From Candidatus Bathyarchaeota archaeon (GTDB lineage Archaea > Thermoproteota > Bathyarchaeia > Bathyarchaeales > Bathycorpusculaceae), in the NCBI GenBank assembly GCA_963775895.1, contig CAVZKL010000022.1:1-64000 (forward strand): a stretch of DNA of 64,000 bases. The letters run 5' to 3'. Below the pieces are notes generated by a model that saw nothing but the letters and a program-made list of their open reading frames with translations, was not told where the DNA came from and did no database searches. The first letter of the stretch is position 1; each line of letters begins with the position of its first letter. The position numbers and the translations under genes are program-made. This document shows positions 20,139 to 31,131 of this stretch, in pieces.

Positions 20139-22924
20139 CTAAGTCTAACCATCCTCTCAAGTTTAGTTACGTATCCCTTCGATATGATCAATATTGGTCC
20201 TATCGTCGACACGAAGATGAGCGCAACATACGAGATCAACATCAGGATCGCATCCCACTGAAGTATAAACCGATGTTTGACCAAAGCGGAGGTCGCGATG
20301 AAACTGTTGGTGGCAGAAATGTTTCCATACGCCGCGATGAACCCCACAGAAATCCCCAAGACTACTGCGAAAGTCACGACCGCAAGGTTTTCCGTTACGA
20401 ACATTATTACAAGCTGCTTGTACGATAGGCCTTTTACACTCATTATCGTGGCTTCACGGTTTCTCTCCCTCATGCTCACCACGCTGACGAGCGCCGTCCC
20501 AACCGATGCGGCTAAGACCGCAAAGACGATGCCCAGTCGCTGAGCATCCAGTGATCCGACCGTGGCAACGTCTGATTGAGAGCGCGTATACTCCTCAGCA
20601 AACGAGTCCACTTGACTTGTATTCAAATCAAGACTGCGAATGTTCGTCGCAACTTCTGTGCCGTTGACTCCGGGTTTGAGCTTGAACAGTATCCTTGTGC
20701 TGTAAACACTGGCGGAACTGTTGACCTCCTTATAGAATTCTTCGGAAACGAACGACCAGTACAGCGAGAGGGCGCCTTGTTCGTCTCCTGCTTCGGGTCC
20801 AAAGTAGCCAACCACAATCATCCTCTTTGAAGTGTCCCCGATGGTTAGCGTGATGGAGTCGCCGACATTGAGATTCAAGAGTTTCGCGACACTTCTTTCC
20901 AGGATGATTGCATCTTTTTGAGTCAACAGGCTTTGGAAGGCATCTTCGACATTCTTTCCGGTGAACATGTCGCTTTCATAGTATGCGGCTCTGAGCCATG
21001 ATTCAGGCTCGACTGCTTTCATGTTTACTGCTATGTAGTTGGCGCCAGTTGACGTGCTACTGAGAGAGTATTCTATCGTGGAGTTCTCCACGCTTGCAGA
21101 GAGGTTTGCGAGTATCACAGAAGAGATGTTTGTTGCCTCACTTGGAGTGTTGACGTAGACACTGAGGTCCGCGCCTACCTGCGTGTAGATTGTTCTGGTG
21201 GTGAAGTCTTGTTGGCTGGCCAGCTGGATGGTGACTTGGGCGCCGTAGCTTATTATCAATGCTATCAGGAAGGCGATTGCGGCTGAGCGTGCGGGGTTTC
21301 TCCTCACGTTTTTGGTTGCTAACGCGCCTAGATCACCCAGGAACCTCGCTGCTCGTGTCGTGAGTTCTTGAAACTTGAGTGAGCCCTGAATGAACAGTTT
21401 TGTGCTTCCCCAGAAGAAGAGCAAAGGGCCGACGTAGGTTAGAACGTAGTCAACCCCAACTGCGAGCATGATGAAAATCGCAAAAATAAAGTTCTGTCCT
21501 GCCATGCTGATCCTGGTCAGTAGGACTGTCACATTCACGCCGAAAACGAAGATGATCAGCTTATACGTTCCGAGGATGAACGCGACCCAGGGCCACCTTT
21601 TCTTGTACGATTTCGTTTCCTGAGCAGGAAGATACTCCCGGAGTGCGTCCACTGTGGAAAGTCGGGAGGCTCTCTTGGCAGAGCTGTACGTTGAAAGTAG
21701 GGCAATGATGACTCCGAAAATGATGGTCGAGACAAGGGTGTAGGGGCTGATCACCATCGGATTGAACAGCATTTCAGTACTGAGTTGAGAGAAGATTGGG
21801 TTCAGCAGAAAGCCTGCTAGGACGCCGAGCGATCCTCCCAGCAGTCCCAACATTATGGTTTCGATCAAGAATATTCTCCGAATCTGTCCTCCGGAGAAGC
21901 CCTTCGTGGACAGGAGCCCTATTTCTCGTCTGCGAAGGCTGAAGGATACGTCTGAGACCGTGGTTCCCATGTACCAGGCCATGAAGAATATCGGGATAGA
22001 AAGAAGCGTGAACGTGAACTGGATTACTAACGACTTGAATCGAAAACTGCTGACAACCATTTCTAGGTTGTTTTGAAAATAGTAACCTGCCGTGGTTCTG
22101 GTCTGGATTTGAGCCTGCAAGGCTCTGATGTTGTTGATTGATGTGTCAATGTCCCATGGACTTATCAGGGCATTTCGGTCCAGATATATCAGGAGGTTTG
22201 TTCCAATCGATCCGCCAGACGGGTTGAGGTTCCATTGCGTCTCAATCAGTCTCTGCATGGTCTTTTCCCAATCAACGATGAGAGTGTCGATTCCTCTTTG
22301 TCCATAGGACGGTTCATTCACAACCACAACTTGGTAGTAGGGAATGGAATAGTCTCCTAGGGCAATCGCCTTTGATTTGTCATCAAGTTGGGCGAAGCCT
22401 TTCACTGTCAGATTCAAGGAAACAAATACTGGTGAACCTTCGGACGTGTAGATTGAAATGTTAATGGGGATAACGTCTCCAACCGCAAATCTCTGCGCCA
22501 AACCTGAATCTTTGAGAACGTAGGTTTCGTTTTCGCCTATTTCTTCAGGCCGATCAAGCCAGCCATCATAAACGCGTGAATGATTCTGAATCCCAACTAT
22601 TGTCGTAAAGTCAGAGAATGTGCCGTTTACTCCGAAGCCTGTCAGTCCTTCAAACGCGGAGATGACCTCTGCTCCTGCAACTCCTGACAGCCCTGCCACG
22701 TCTTTGGAAGCATTCAGTATGTCCTCAGGACGTTTGTCAGATTTGCCTGCAATCATGTCAACGTAGACGTGGCTTAGGTCTTGTTCCAGAGCTTGCTTTG
22801 CTGTCACGTTTGCTTTGATGTCGATACCCGCGAAAAACGTGGATGCCAGCGTTATGCCAATCAACAGTGCAAGGAACAGTTTCCATGAGCGAAAAACATG
22901 CGTTACGGCATACAGCACTGGCAC
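20135..22924 (-). CDS. FtsX/MacB-type ABC permease with duplicated FtsX domains
   Basis: RRREIGLLSTKG and RERNREATIMSVKG FtsX motifs with large extracellular loops. Confidence 0.9.
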   Translation of the reverse strand: MPVLYAVTHVFRSWKLFLALLIGITLASTFFAGIDIKANVTAKQALEQDLSHVYVDMIAGKSDKRPEDILNASKDVAGLSGVAGAEVISAFEGLTGFGVNGTFSDFTTIVGIQNHSRVYDGWLDRPEEIGENETYVLKDSGLAQRFAVGDVIPINISIYTSEGSPVFVSLNLTVKGFAQLDDKSKAIALGDYSIPYYQVVVVNEPSYGQRGIDTLIVDWEKTMQRLIETQWNLNPSGGSIGTNLLIYLDRNALISPWDIDTSINNIRALQAQIQTRTTAGYYFQNNLEMVVSSFRFKSLVIQFTFTLLSIPIFFMAWYMGTTVSDVSFSLRRREIGLLSTKGFSGGQIRRIFLIETIMLGLLGGSLGVLAGFLLNPIFSQLSTEMLFNPMVISPYTLVSTIIFGVIIALLSTYSSAKRASRLSTVDALREYLPAQETKSYKKRWPWVAFILGTYKLIIFVFGVNVTVLLTRISMAGQNFIFAIFIMLAVGVDYVLTYVGPLLFFWGSTKLFIQGSLKFQELTTRAARFLGDLGALATKNVRRNPARSAAIAFLIALIISYGAQVTIQLASQQDFTTRTIYTQVGADLSVYVNTPSEATNISSVILANLSASVENSTIEYSLSSTSTGANYIAVNMKAVEPESWLRAAYYESDMFTGKNVEDAFQSLLTQKDAIILERSVAKLLNLNVGDSITLTIGDTSKRMIVVGYFGPEAGDEQGALSLYWSFVSEEFYKEVNSSASVYSTRILFKLKPGVNGTEVATNIRSLDLNTSQVDSFAEEYTRSQSDVATVGSLDAQRLGIVFAVLAASVGTALVSVVSMRERNREATIMSVKGLSYKQLVIMFVTENLAVVTFAVVLGISVGFIAAYGNISATNSFIATSALVKHRFILQWDAILMLISYVALIFVSTIGPILIISKGYVTKLERMVRLR

Positions 22925-23036
22925 GTTCGAATCATGTGCTATTCTTTCGTGAGGGCTTTTAAGTCTAATGTTTAGAACACTTGACAGAGCGGGTTAGGGG
23001 TCTACTATTTGTCTAGGAAACAGTAGCGCGCGCTGA

Positions 23037-23148
23037 TGGCGGATCCGCTGGGATTTGAACCCAGGACTTTCGGCTTTCTTCAGCACGACGCGTTAGAAGG
23101 CCGACGCGCTTTATGGCTTAACCTGTATCCATGCTGCGCTACGGATCC
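23037..23148 (-). tRNA. tRNA-Arg(UCU) with encoded CCA and two introns (D-loop 23111-23126; anticodon 37/38 at 23076-23093)
   Basis: Acceptor stem GGATCCG/CGGATCC-G-CCA, D stem GCGC/GCGC, anticodon stem TCGGC/GCCGA, TCT at 23095-23097, T arm CTGGG-TTCAAAT-CCCAG. The BHB central helices are ATGG/CCAT and CTTC/GAAG. Confidence 0.95.
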
Positions 23149-23189
23149 ATTTTTGCGCAATTAAAGAGGAAGAGCTAGGCTGATATATT

Positions 23190-26106
23190 TTATTCTATGA
23201 AAATCGCCGGCCGATAGGGTCTTGCAAGCTGCGCCCTTGATTTCGGATCGTACCGCTCTGTTTCTTCCTCACCGTAGACGTCGACCTTTGCTTTCAGCTC
23301 TCTCTCCAAGAACCTCTTGGCCTCGTTCAAAGCTTGAATCTCGTCGATTGACTTGATCTGCAGCAGTTGCTTCTTCCTTTCCTCCGACATACGGTTCAGG
23401 TCATCCACTGTTTGACCGATGAACTTGGCCGCTTTGTCAGCTTTCGCCCTCAGCTCTGGTTTTGCCATCAAGTTCTTCATCACGTCTTTCTGAGCTACCT
23501 TGCCAGCGACCGCTTTTTCAAGCGTGCTCATCCATGCTTTCCATTTCCACGGTGCAGCGGCATAGAAACACACTCTCTTCGGAGTGGTGCCCGTTGCTTT
23601 CAGTATGTTTTGCGTGTCCTCCAGCACGTTCATGATCAACGTTTCGTTCTCTTCGGCACTGATATCCGTCTTTGATGCGTTCGGCGAAGGCCAGGAAGCC
23701 AATGAAACAAACCCTTTTCCGCCCATCATTTCCCAAAGTTCTTCACAAACGTGAGGAGCGACTGGCGCCAGCATTCTCACTTGCGCCTCCACCACCTCTC
23801 TAGCCACGTAGTCGACAGCAGGTTTTCTTTTTTCACTCTTTTCGGTCGTCCGTCTCTGATACCACTGAAAATCCTGGTCCAGCTCGTACATGATCGTGTG
23901 CACCGCCTTGCGCACGGCCAACTTTTCCATCGCTTCGGTCGCTTTTCTGATGTGTTCCTGCAGTCGGCTGAGCATCCACTTGTCTATAGCGGTCAAAGAT
24001 TCCTTTCGAATCTTGACGCTACGCGTCTTGGTCTGTTCAGACACGAATTTGTAGAGACGTTCCAGTCTGTCCCGCATCGTTTTGGCAATCGCGGGGCTGA
24101 AATCCGCATCTTGCAGCAGTTCAGCCGCTGACATGACGCTCAGTCTGACGGGATCCGCGCCAAACTTTGCCAAGGCTTCCCTGAGCGGAATGATGTTTCC
24201 GAAAGATTTGCTCATCTTTGCCCCTTCCATCATAACGCTTCCGTTCGTCGCTATCTGTCGGGGCCACAGGCTCTCAGGGAAAATGGCCGTATGGTTGAAT
24301 ATCATAAAAGTCAAGTGGTTCGGAACCAAGTCACGTCCGGAATGGCGACTGTCCAACGGGTAAAAGTACATGAACTCCTTGCGCATCCGCTCCAGAGTCT
24401 CAGCGTCCAGTTTGGTCTTTTTCGCCAGCTCTTCAGGCTCGCCGATCCCCAGGAAGACGTAGTCGAAAACTTCATCCGTGAGCTGATCAGGCTTGATCTT
24501 GTACTCCTTGATGCTCCTGACCATCGTGTAGTACGCCATGTAGATGGTCGAATCAGACAGTGACTCGATTATCCAAGCCTTGTCCCACGGAAGTCTCGTG
24601 CCCATCCCAGATTTTCGTGCGCAGGCTTTCTCGTGCAACCAGTCGATCACGTTGTTGAATTCTTGGCGGAGCTCCTCCGGCAGAATCTCCATCTCGTCGA
24701 GGTTCTTGTGTGCCAAGACTTTCCACTCTGGTTTTCCGTAGTCGATGAACCATTGGTCTTCGAAGATCTTGACGATGCACTCAGTTTTGCAGCGGCAGAA
24801 GACGGGTCTGTTGAGCAGTTCGTACATCGTTGTGGCTTTGCCTTCCCTAATCAGGTCTTGCTTAACCTTGTCTTTTGCTTCATCCACTGATACACCCAGA
24901 GTATTTGCCCGTGTTCTGTTTCATCCTGCCGTTATGAAATTCGTGTCTGTACAGTTCCTTTGTGGCTGCTTCCAGTTTCGGATCAGTCTGGTCTTGAATG
25001 TTCATCTTCTTGACCACGTCCGCGGCTGGAATTCCTGAATAGCCCGACACGTCAATCAGAGAGATTGGATTGACCGAATCCATGATTTCAGGCTTGACGC
25101 CGTACCGTGTTAACTGTGAACGTGTTTTCTTCAGGTTTTCGAGCGCGACAAAATCGTAGGGCGCGTGTGCTGGAACGGACATCACAACACCCGTCGCATT
25201 CTTCGGATCGACGAAGTCAGCTGGCAGTATCGGTATCTTGGCTCCCGTTGCCGGGTTCTCAACGTATTTTCCGATCAGCTCCTTTCCTTCGAAAGTCGCA
25301 AGGATCTTGACCTTGTGGTTGAGGTAGGTCAGCTTCTGAGCGCCTTCTTGACTGACTATCCATTGTTCGCCATCAACGTCTGCCTTAACGTATTTGGTCT
25401 TCGGGTTCAGCCAGATGTTTGTGACTCCGAAAACTGTTTCAGGACGGAGCGTACCTGTTGGAAAAACAATTCCGTCTTGCATGAACTTCAACAAGGTAAA
25501 TTCGCCGATTTCCGGTTCAACGTCGCCGACCGTGTCATGCTGACCCACAGGGTTTCCGTCTTTCGGACACCAACCAACGGGGTGGCTTCCTCGGCTGATG
25601 TAGCCCTTCTGCCGAAGCTTCTGGAACTGCCACTCAATAAAACGATTGTAGTGTGGATCTATCGTCGTGAATTCGCGTCTCCAGTCTATCGAGTAGCCTA
25701 TCTCCTTCATGCCGCTCTTGATCTCTCTGTGGAAATAGCGCGCCATCGCCATCGGGTCAGCAAGGGTCTTCAGGTTTTCTTTAGGGATCTTGTAGACGTT
25801 GACAAAGTCGGAGATGAGTCCAGTGTCGTTATCCTGAAGCCGCTTGGCCATGGCCAAAACAGGAGTGCCAGTGTAGTGAAACGCCATTGGCAACAGTACA
25901 TTGTAGCCGCGCATCCTCTTGTAACGCGCGTGCACGTCCGCGAGCGTGTAGGTCCTGCCGTGACCGATGTGCTGTGGACTGTTGGGGTACGGGTAGGCCA
26001 CGGTTATGAAACATTTAGGCTTCTTCGGGTCCGGGTCAGCTTCGAAAATCTTGGCGCTTTCCCATTTCTTCTGCCATTTCTCTTCGATTTGCCTGAAAAA
26101 TTCCAT
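23190..26106 (-). CDS. leuS: Leucine--tRNA ligase (archaeal type), frameshift near 24885
   Basis: YPYPNSPQHIGH, TLRPET, GVVMSVPAHAPYD, IESLSDSTIY and KMSKS motifs. Confidence 0.96.
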
Positions 26107-26239
26107 AAAACTGTCTGTTTCGGGTTCAGGGATATTAAAGGTTTCGTTATCAGGAACAGAGAACTCTATTCCTCACATCAGACACCGCACAACAAGTGTG
26201 CAAACTCGCATTAATGTCTTTCTACTTCAAATGAACGAG

Positions 26240-26605
26240 TCATTTCACCGACTCGTCTGCCTGCATTATGCCGAACAAATTTCCCTCGGTGTCTTTGCAG
26301 TAGGCAAAGTAGCCTACACCCGGTATAGTCCTCTTCTCAGAAACCCGTTTTCCCCCAGCTTTCTCGATCTTCTTGATGAATTCGTCCACTGAGGGAACGT
26401 CTATGGTGTTGATGGTGGTTGATTTTCTCATCCTCTCCATTATTGCTCCGTCTATACCCGGTTGCTTTTCATCGCCCGTTGACACAAGCCAGTACTCGGC
26501 TGGTCCTTCCCATTTCTTGATTTTCCAGCCGAAGACTTTCTCGTAGAACTCCACGGCCCGTTTTGGGTCATCCGCGCTAATCTCAAAATGTATAACTCTC
26601 GGCAT
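26240..26605 (-). CDS. VOC/glyoxalase family protein
   Basis: HFEISADDPKRAVEFYEKVFGW...DTEGNLFGI. Confidence 0.9.
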   Translation of the reverse strand: MPRVIHFEISADDPKRAVEFYEKVFGWKIKKWEGPAEYWLVSTGDEKQPGIDGAIMERMRKSTTINTIDVPSVDEFIKKIEKAGGKRVSEKRTIPGVGYFAYCKDTEGNLFGIMQADESVK

Positions 26606-26651
26606 GCTGACTCCTCCACATCCTCATCCTAAACTACTAATATAAAGCCGT

Positions 26652-27395
26652 TCAGGTCAACAATTCAATCAGTTGTATAGCATCGGCCGTCGGTTCTCCG
26701 GAATAGTATTTGCTGAAGTAGCCAAACACCTCGTCCACTTCTTTGAGAAACCCTTTGATTTTCTCTCCCCATCTCTTTGTCTCGTCGGTTTTGTCAACCT
26801 CAACCTTTCCAAGAGTGCCGTTAACTTTTTTTCGATCTCCCTCCCACCTGACGTAAGCGAAGTCAGCGGTCATCTCGTTGATTTCAGGCATGAAAGGGCT
26901 CGCAACAATGGCTAAGGCGACGTGATTTTCTCTCAACAGAGCGAAAAAACTTGAATTCAGTAGTTGAGCATTTCTTACTTCCACGGCGTACCGATGCTTC
27001 TTTGGCAACTTGGGCAAGAAATCCTTCAGGAGAACGGCCTGCTTGCTCCCAAACATGGAGGGAAACTGAAGTAAGAGTGGCCCGAGCTTTTCCTCAAGCG
27101 CAGAGATTCTTTCAATGAAGAACTGCAACTCCTGTTCACAGTCTCTTAGCATTTTCTGATGAGTGATGACTTGTGGAAACTTGGCCGAAAACAGAAACTC
27201 GGAAGGCGTTTGTTCTTTCCATTTTTCTAAAACGCTTTTGTTCGGAACTCTGTAGAAGGTGTTGTCAACTTCAACGGTGTGGAAGTGTTTCGAGTATTCT
27301 GTCAAGAACTCCGTTGATTTCAGTCCTTTCGGATAGAAGTTGCCGACCCAGAAGTTGTAGCTCCAGCCCATGGTTCCGATGTGAACTCTGTCCAT
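26652..27395 (-). CDS. DUF72 family protein
   Basis: IGTMGWSY, VEVDNTFYR, KFPQVITH and LGPLLLQFP motifs. Confidence 0.92.
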   Translation of the reverse strand: MDRVHIGTMGWSYNFWVGNFYPKGLKSTEFLTEYSKHFHTVEVDNTFYRVPNKSVLEKWKEQTPSEFLFSAKFPQVITHQKMLRDCEQELQFFIERISALEEKLGPLLLQFPSMFGSKQAVLLKDFLPKLPKKHRYAVEVRNAQLLNSSFFALLRENHVALAIVASPFMPEINEMTADFAYVRWEGDRKKVNGTLGKVEVDKTDETKRWGEKIKGFLKEVDEVFGYFSKYYSGEPTADAIQLIELLT

Positions 27396-27396
27396 G

Positions 27397-28792
27397 TCAG
27401 TCTCTCACCTTCAGGAGAACCCAGTCTTTCTCTCCTGCTTTCTTGAACTTTGCGAGGACGTATCTTCCTTGAAGTCTTCTTCCCTTCAACGTGAACTCGA
27501 CCATGTCTTCTTTCCAGACTTTCGCTTCAAAAATCCCTTCATCCCATATTTTCACCGTTCCGGCCCCATACTGGCCTTCAGGGATCGCACCCTCAAAACC
27601 AGCGTACTCTATCGGATGATCTTCTGTCTGAACAGCTAACCTTCTTTCGCCCGTCTTCTCAGGAATGCCCTTTGGGACAGCCCAGCTTTTCAGTACGCCT
27701 TCCTTCTCCAGACGAAGGTCGTAATGAAGTCTTCTGGCATGATGCTCCTGCACGACAAAGATTTGTTCATCAGTCTTCTTCTCGCCACCAGTGGGCTCGG
27801 GCGTAACGTTAAAGTCGCGTTTTCCAGCGTACTCCTGGAGGCTGCTCGTTCTTATCTGGTCAATAGTGCATTCGACAGGCTTTTTGTCAGTTCTCAGAGA
27901 CCGAAACCTCGGCATCCGCAGTCTGTAGTCCTTTGTGACAGCTTGATAAACGATTTCGCAGACCAATTCGGGTTTAAGCCACGTAATCCCTTCGGGAACG
28001 TCGACTTCTTCCAACGTTCTCTCAGTCGTCTGCAAACCCTTGAAAAGCCGCATCAACTCTGCTAGTGTGCTTTCGGAAAAGCCTGTTCCCACTTTGCCAA
28101 CATACACGGGCTTGTCCTTTTCGTACAGTCCAAGTATCAAAGCGCCGAACGCTTCCTTTCTGGCTCCTCCCCCGGTGGTGTATCCAAAAATGACGCATTC
28201 GCAGGAGTGCAGTTTCTTTATTTTGAGCCAGTTCTCGCTTCGCACTCCAGGCAGATATCGGCTGTCTCTTCTTCTTCGCCATTATGCCTTCCACTCCTTT
28301 TTTTATGGCTTCTTGATAGTACGTTTCTCCTTCCTCTTCGACGTACATTGATAGAACGACATGTTTGCCTTCCTTCAAAGTCTGGCTAAGAATGTTCTTT
28401 CGTTCGGTCAGTGGAAGGTCGATGAGTGGTTTGTCATCTTTTTCGAGTATGTCAAAAACAATGTACGTGACAGGAGATTCTCCTGCCGCGTGTTCGATTT
28501 CGCGCGTCGAAGTCAGCTTGCTTCTTTCCAACAACGTTTGAAAGTCTGCCTTTCCTTCCTTCATCACGACTATTTCGCCGTCTAGCACGACGTTCTTGAC
28601 AAGATTTGTGAGTTCTTCGAGTTCAGGGAAGTTGTCTTTCAACTCTTTGTCGTTTCTGCTTCTGATCGTCAATTTGTCGCTGACGTAGCTTATCGCTCTG
28701 ATGCCGTCCCATTTGACCTCGAAAATCCAGTCTTTAGAGGTGAAGGGGGCTTGTGCGGATTGGGCTAGCATCGGCTTGTAATGCTTGTTCAT
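27397..28792 (-). CDS. ligD: NHEJ ATP-dependent DNA ligase fused to a C-terminal LigD 3'-phosphoesterase (PE) domain; frameshift near 28268
   Basis: EVKWDGIR, LDGEIV, FDIL, EGIMAK, WLKIK, VGKVGTGF and RMPRF, followed by YAGKRDFNVTPEP, QEHHARRLHYDLRLE, SWAVPKG, TEDHP and YGAGTV. Confidence 0.92.
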
Positions 28793-29592
28793 TTCTTCTT
28801 CAGCTGTTTAAGCGTCTCTTGCAGCGCAACCATGAGTTCCTTAGCTTCTTCTTTCACCGGTTTTTCAACGGTAATGGTTTCGCCTTTCGTCTTCTTTTCG
28901 AGAAGCTCATCGATCTTCTGTTTGAACGTGTCCTTGTACTCCGTTATGTCGAATTCTCCTGAAAGGTCAGTGATAATCTTCTTCGCCAGATCCAACTCTT
29001 CCTTCTTCGGCTCTTTAAGTTCCTTGATCTCTTCAAGCCTGTTGGGATCAGAGACTTCGTACGCGTAACGAAGAGTGGTCAGTACTAGGGCTCCTTTGTA
29101 AGGATGTACGAGAATCGGATATTCCTTCGTTCTCAGGGTTATTCTTCCGACGCCGGCCTTGCCCATTTTCTCGAGGGCGGTGAGGAGCAGGCTGTACGCA
29201 TCACTGTTGTTGTCAGGAGTCAAAATGTAAGACCTGTCGAAATAGACAGGGTCTATTGACAGGTAGTCGATGAACTTGTCTATGCGGATTCTCTGATCGG
29301 ACTCTGGTCTGGCTGCCTTCAGCTCTTCGTCTGTGAAAACGACAAACTCGCCTTTTCTCACTTCGTACCCTTTTTCAACATCTTGCCAAGGAACAACCTT
29401 GTCTTCTTTTATGCAGACTTTCTGATATTTCAACGGCGACCCATCTGTCTTGTGTAGGAATCTGAACGTGACGCTCTTGTCAAAAATCATCGTGCGAAGC
29501 CTAACTGGCACGTTGACCAGTCCTATCGTGATCGTGCCACTCCAGACCGATCCCTTGCGGGCTCGTGATTTTCCTTCTTCAACCATCATCAA
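28789..29592 (-). CDS. ku: Prokaryotic Ku end-binding protein
   Basis: WSGTITIGLVNVPVRL, KGYE, IDPVYFDRSY, LTTLRYAYEV and LMVALQETL. Confidence 0.95.
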   Translation of the reverse strand: MMMVEEGKSRARKGSVWSGTITIGLVNVPVRLRTMIFDKSVTFRFLHKTDGSPLKYQKVCIKEDKVVPWQDVEKGYEVRKGEFVVFTDEELKAARPESDQRIRIDKFIDYLSIDPVYFDRSYILTPDNNSDAYSLLLTALEKMGKAGVGRITLRTKEYPILVHPYKGALVLTTLRYAYEVSDPNRLEEIKELKEPKKEELDLAKKIITDLSGEFDITEYKDTFKQKIDELLEKKTKGETITVEKPVKEEAKELMVALQETLKQLKKK

Positions 29593-30452
29593 ACATCTCC
29601 AAGTTTCTGTTTGTCCTCAAACAATCCTCGCCAAGGATTGTCTGCGATCTTGACGACGCTAAATAGATTGAGGGTCTCTGGGTTTAATCCTTTCTTAACA
29701 TCACTCCAAGCCAGCGGCGTTGACACAGTAGCTTGTGCTGTGGCTCGAAGGCTGTAGGGGCAAACCATCGTTCTTCCATGCGAATTCTGCACGTAATCTA
29801 TGTAGATTTTGCCCGGCGTCTCTGATTTGGCACGTTCTGTTACCACTTTGTCCGTTTGTTTCTTCAGGGATTCTCCGATTTTTTGAACGAATCGTCTGGT
29901 CTGCTCGAAGGTGTGCCCTTCTTCTGCGGCTATGAGAACATGGAACCCCTTTTTGCCCGAGGTCTTAACGTATGACTTGAGACCGAGAGCATCCAGCTTT
30001 TCCTTGAGCAGATTGGCAACCTCAATTGCGTCGTCGTGACCTGCTGGAGATTTTGGGTCTAGGTCAAAAACGACGAGATCTGGGTTTTCAAACGCGTTCG
30101 TCTTTGAGAGTGTCATGTGGATTTCCAAAGCTGCTAGATTCGCCAGCCAGATCAGAGTGTCAAGATTGTTGCAGACTACGTAGTTCAATTCGCGTTCTGC
30201 AATCCTCGAATAACTTCTGAAGGTTTCAACCCAACTCGGTGTTCCCAGTGGCGCATCTTTTTCGTAGAACCCTTCTTCTTGAACGCCATTTGGGTATCTG
30301 GTCAAAACGAGTGGTCGATCAACGAGTAAGTCGAGCATTTTGGGCGCTATCTTGATGTAGTATTCAATCACTTGTCTTTTGGTTATTTTGAGCTCCGGAT
30401 AAAGGATTTTGTCAAGATTCGTGAACTCAACTTTCGTGAGTCTTTCTGACAT
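29589..30452 (-). CDS. Stand-alone LigD-type primase-polymerase (AEP) domain
   Basis: TNLDKILYP, RYPNG, FYEK, LEIH, VFDLDP, KTSGKKGFHV, YIDYVQN and PYSLRA motifs. Confidence 0.93.
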   Translation of the reverse strand: MSERLTKVEFTNLDKILYPELKITKRQVIEYYIKIAPKMLDLLVDRPLVLTRYPNGVQEEGFYEKDAPLGTPSWVETFRSYSRIAERELNYVVCNNLDTLIWLANLAALEIHMTLSKTNAFENPDLVVFDLDPKSPAGHDDAIEVANLLKEKLDALGLKSYVKTSGKKGFHVLIAAEEGHTFEQTRRFVQKIGESLKKQTDKVVTERAKSETPGKIYIDYVQNSHGRTMVCPYSLRATAQATVSTPLAWSDVKKGLNPETLNLFSVVKIADNPWRGLFEDKQKLGDV

Positions 30453-30474
30453 AGGAGCATGGTCCTCATCGTTT

Positions 30475-31122
30475 CTACTTGAGCAACTCTTGAAGGTTCA
30501 ATCTAGAGAAGTCTTCGATCTGTGAGTCAGCTTTTGAGAGATCCTGGTTTCCGCTGCTCGGGTTGATGTAGCCTAAACACTTCATATTAGCTTTTTTTGC
30601 TGCTTTCACGCCAAGTTCGGAGTCTTCGATCACCAAGCATTCCTCGGGCTTCACTTTGAGTCGCCGTGCAGATATGAGGAATATTTCAGGGTCAGGTTTG
30701 CTGCGCGTTATGTCTTCAGCCCCTACGACTGAGTCGAAGAAGTCAGCAATCTCGAGCTTCTTCAGGACGTATTCTATCATTCTCCTGTGAGAGCTCGAAG
30801 CGATTGCCAGCTTTTTCTTCATTTTCTTGAGTTTGAACAGTAAGTCGACGACTCCTTTTGTCGGCTGGACACCTTCCTCTAACAGTTTGAACAGAACTTT
30901 TTCTTTCTCGTCGAACATCTTGTCAAAAGTCGTGTTGAGACCGTATTTTTTTATGAGCTCCGTAAACATGACTTTGGCAGTGGTGCCCGTGTATTCATGA
31001 AGTTCATCTTCGGATATTCTTATTCCGTATTTTGACATGGTCTGCATTTCTGCTTCTATGTGTATGCGTTCAGTTTCTGCGACCACTCCGTCCATGTCGA
31101 AAATGACGGCTTTGATCATCAA
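30475..31122 (-). CDS. HAD-superfamily phosphatase (beta-PGM/CbbY-like)
   Basis: FDMDGV, IASSS, KPDPEIF and IEDS motifs. Confidence 0.92.
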   Translation of the reverse strand: MMIKAVIFDMDGVVAETERIHIEAEMQTMSKYGIRISEDELHEYTGTTAKVMFTELIKKYGLNTTFDKMFDEKEKVLFKLLEEGVQPTKGVVDLLFKLKKMKKKLAIASSSHRRMIEYVLKKLEIADFFDSVVGAEDITRSKPDPEIFLISARRLKVKPEECLVIEDSELGVKAAKKANMKCLGYINPSSGNQDLSKADSQIEDFSRLNLQELLK

Positions 31123-31131
31123 TTCTCAGGC

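Noticed and set aside
23190-26106. Split (two-subunit) LeuRS
   Set aside because: It is a single-base frame change with overlapping ORFs. The same happens in hisS, ligD, the ABC genes and htrA, so sequencing indels are the simplest cause.
25165-26214. 349-aa plus-strand ORF and similar long antisense ORFs
   Set aside because: These are shadows of leuS and other real genes, with no recognisable motifs.
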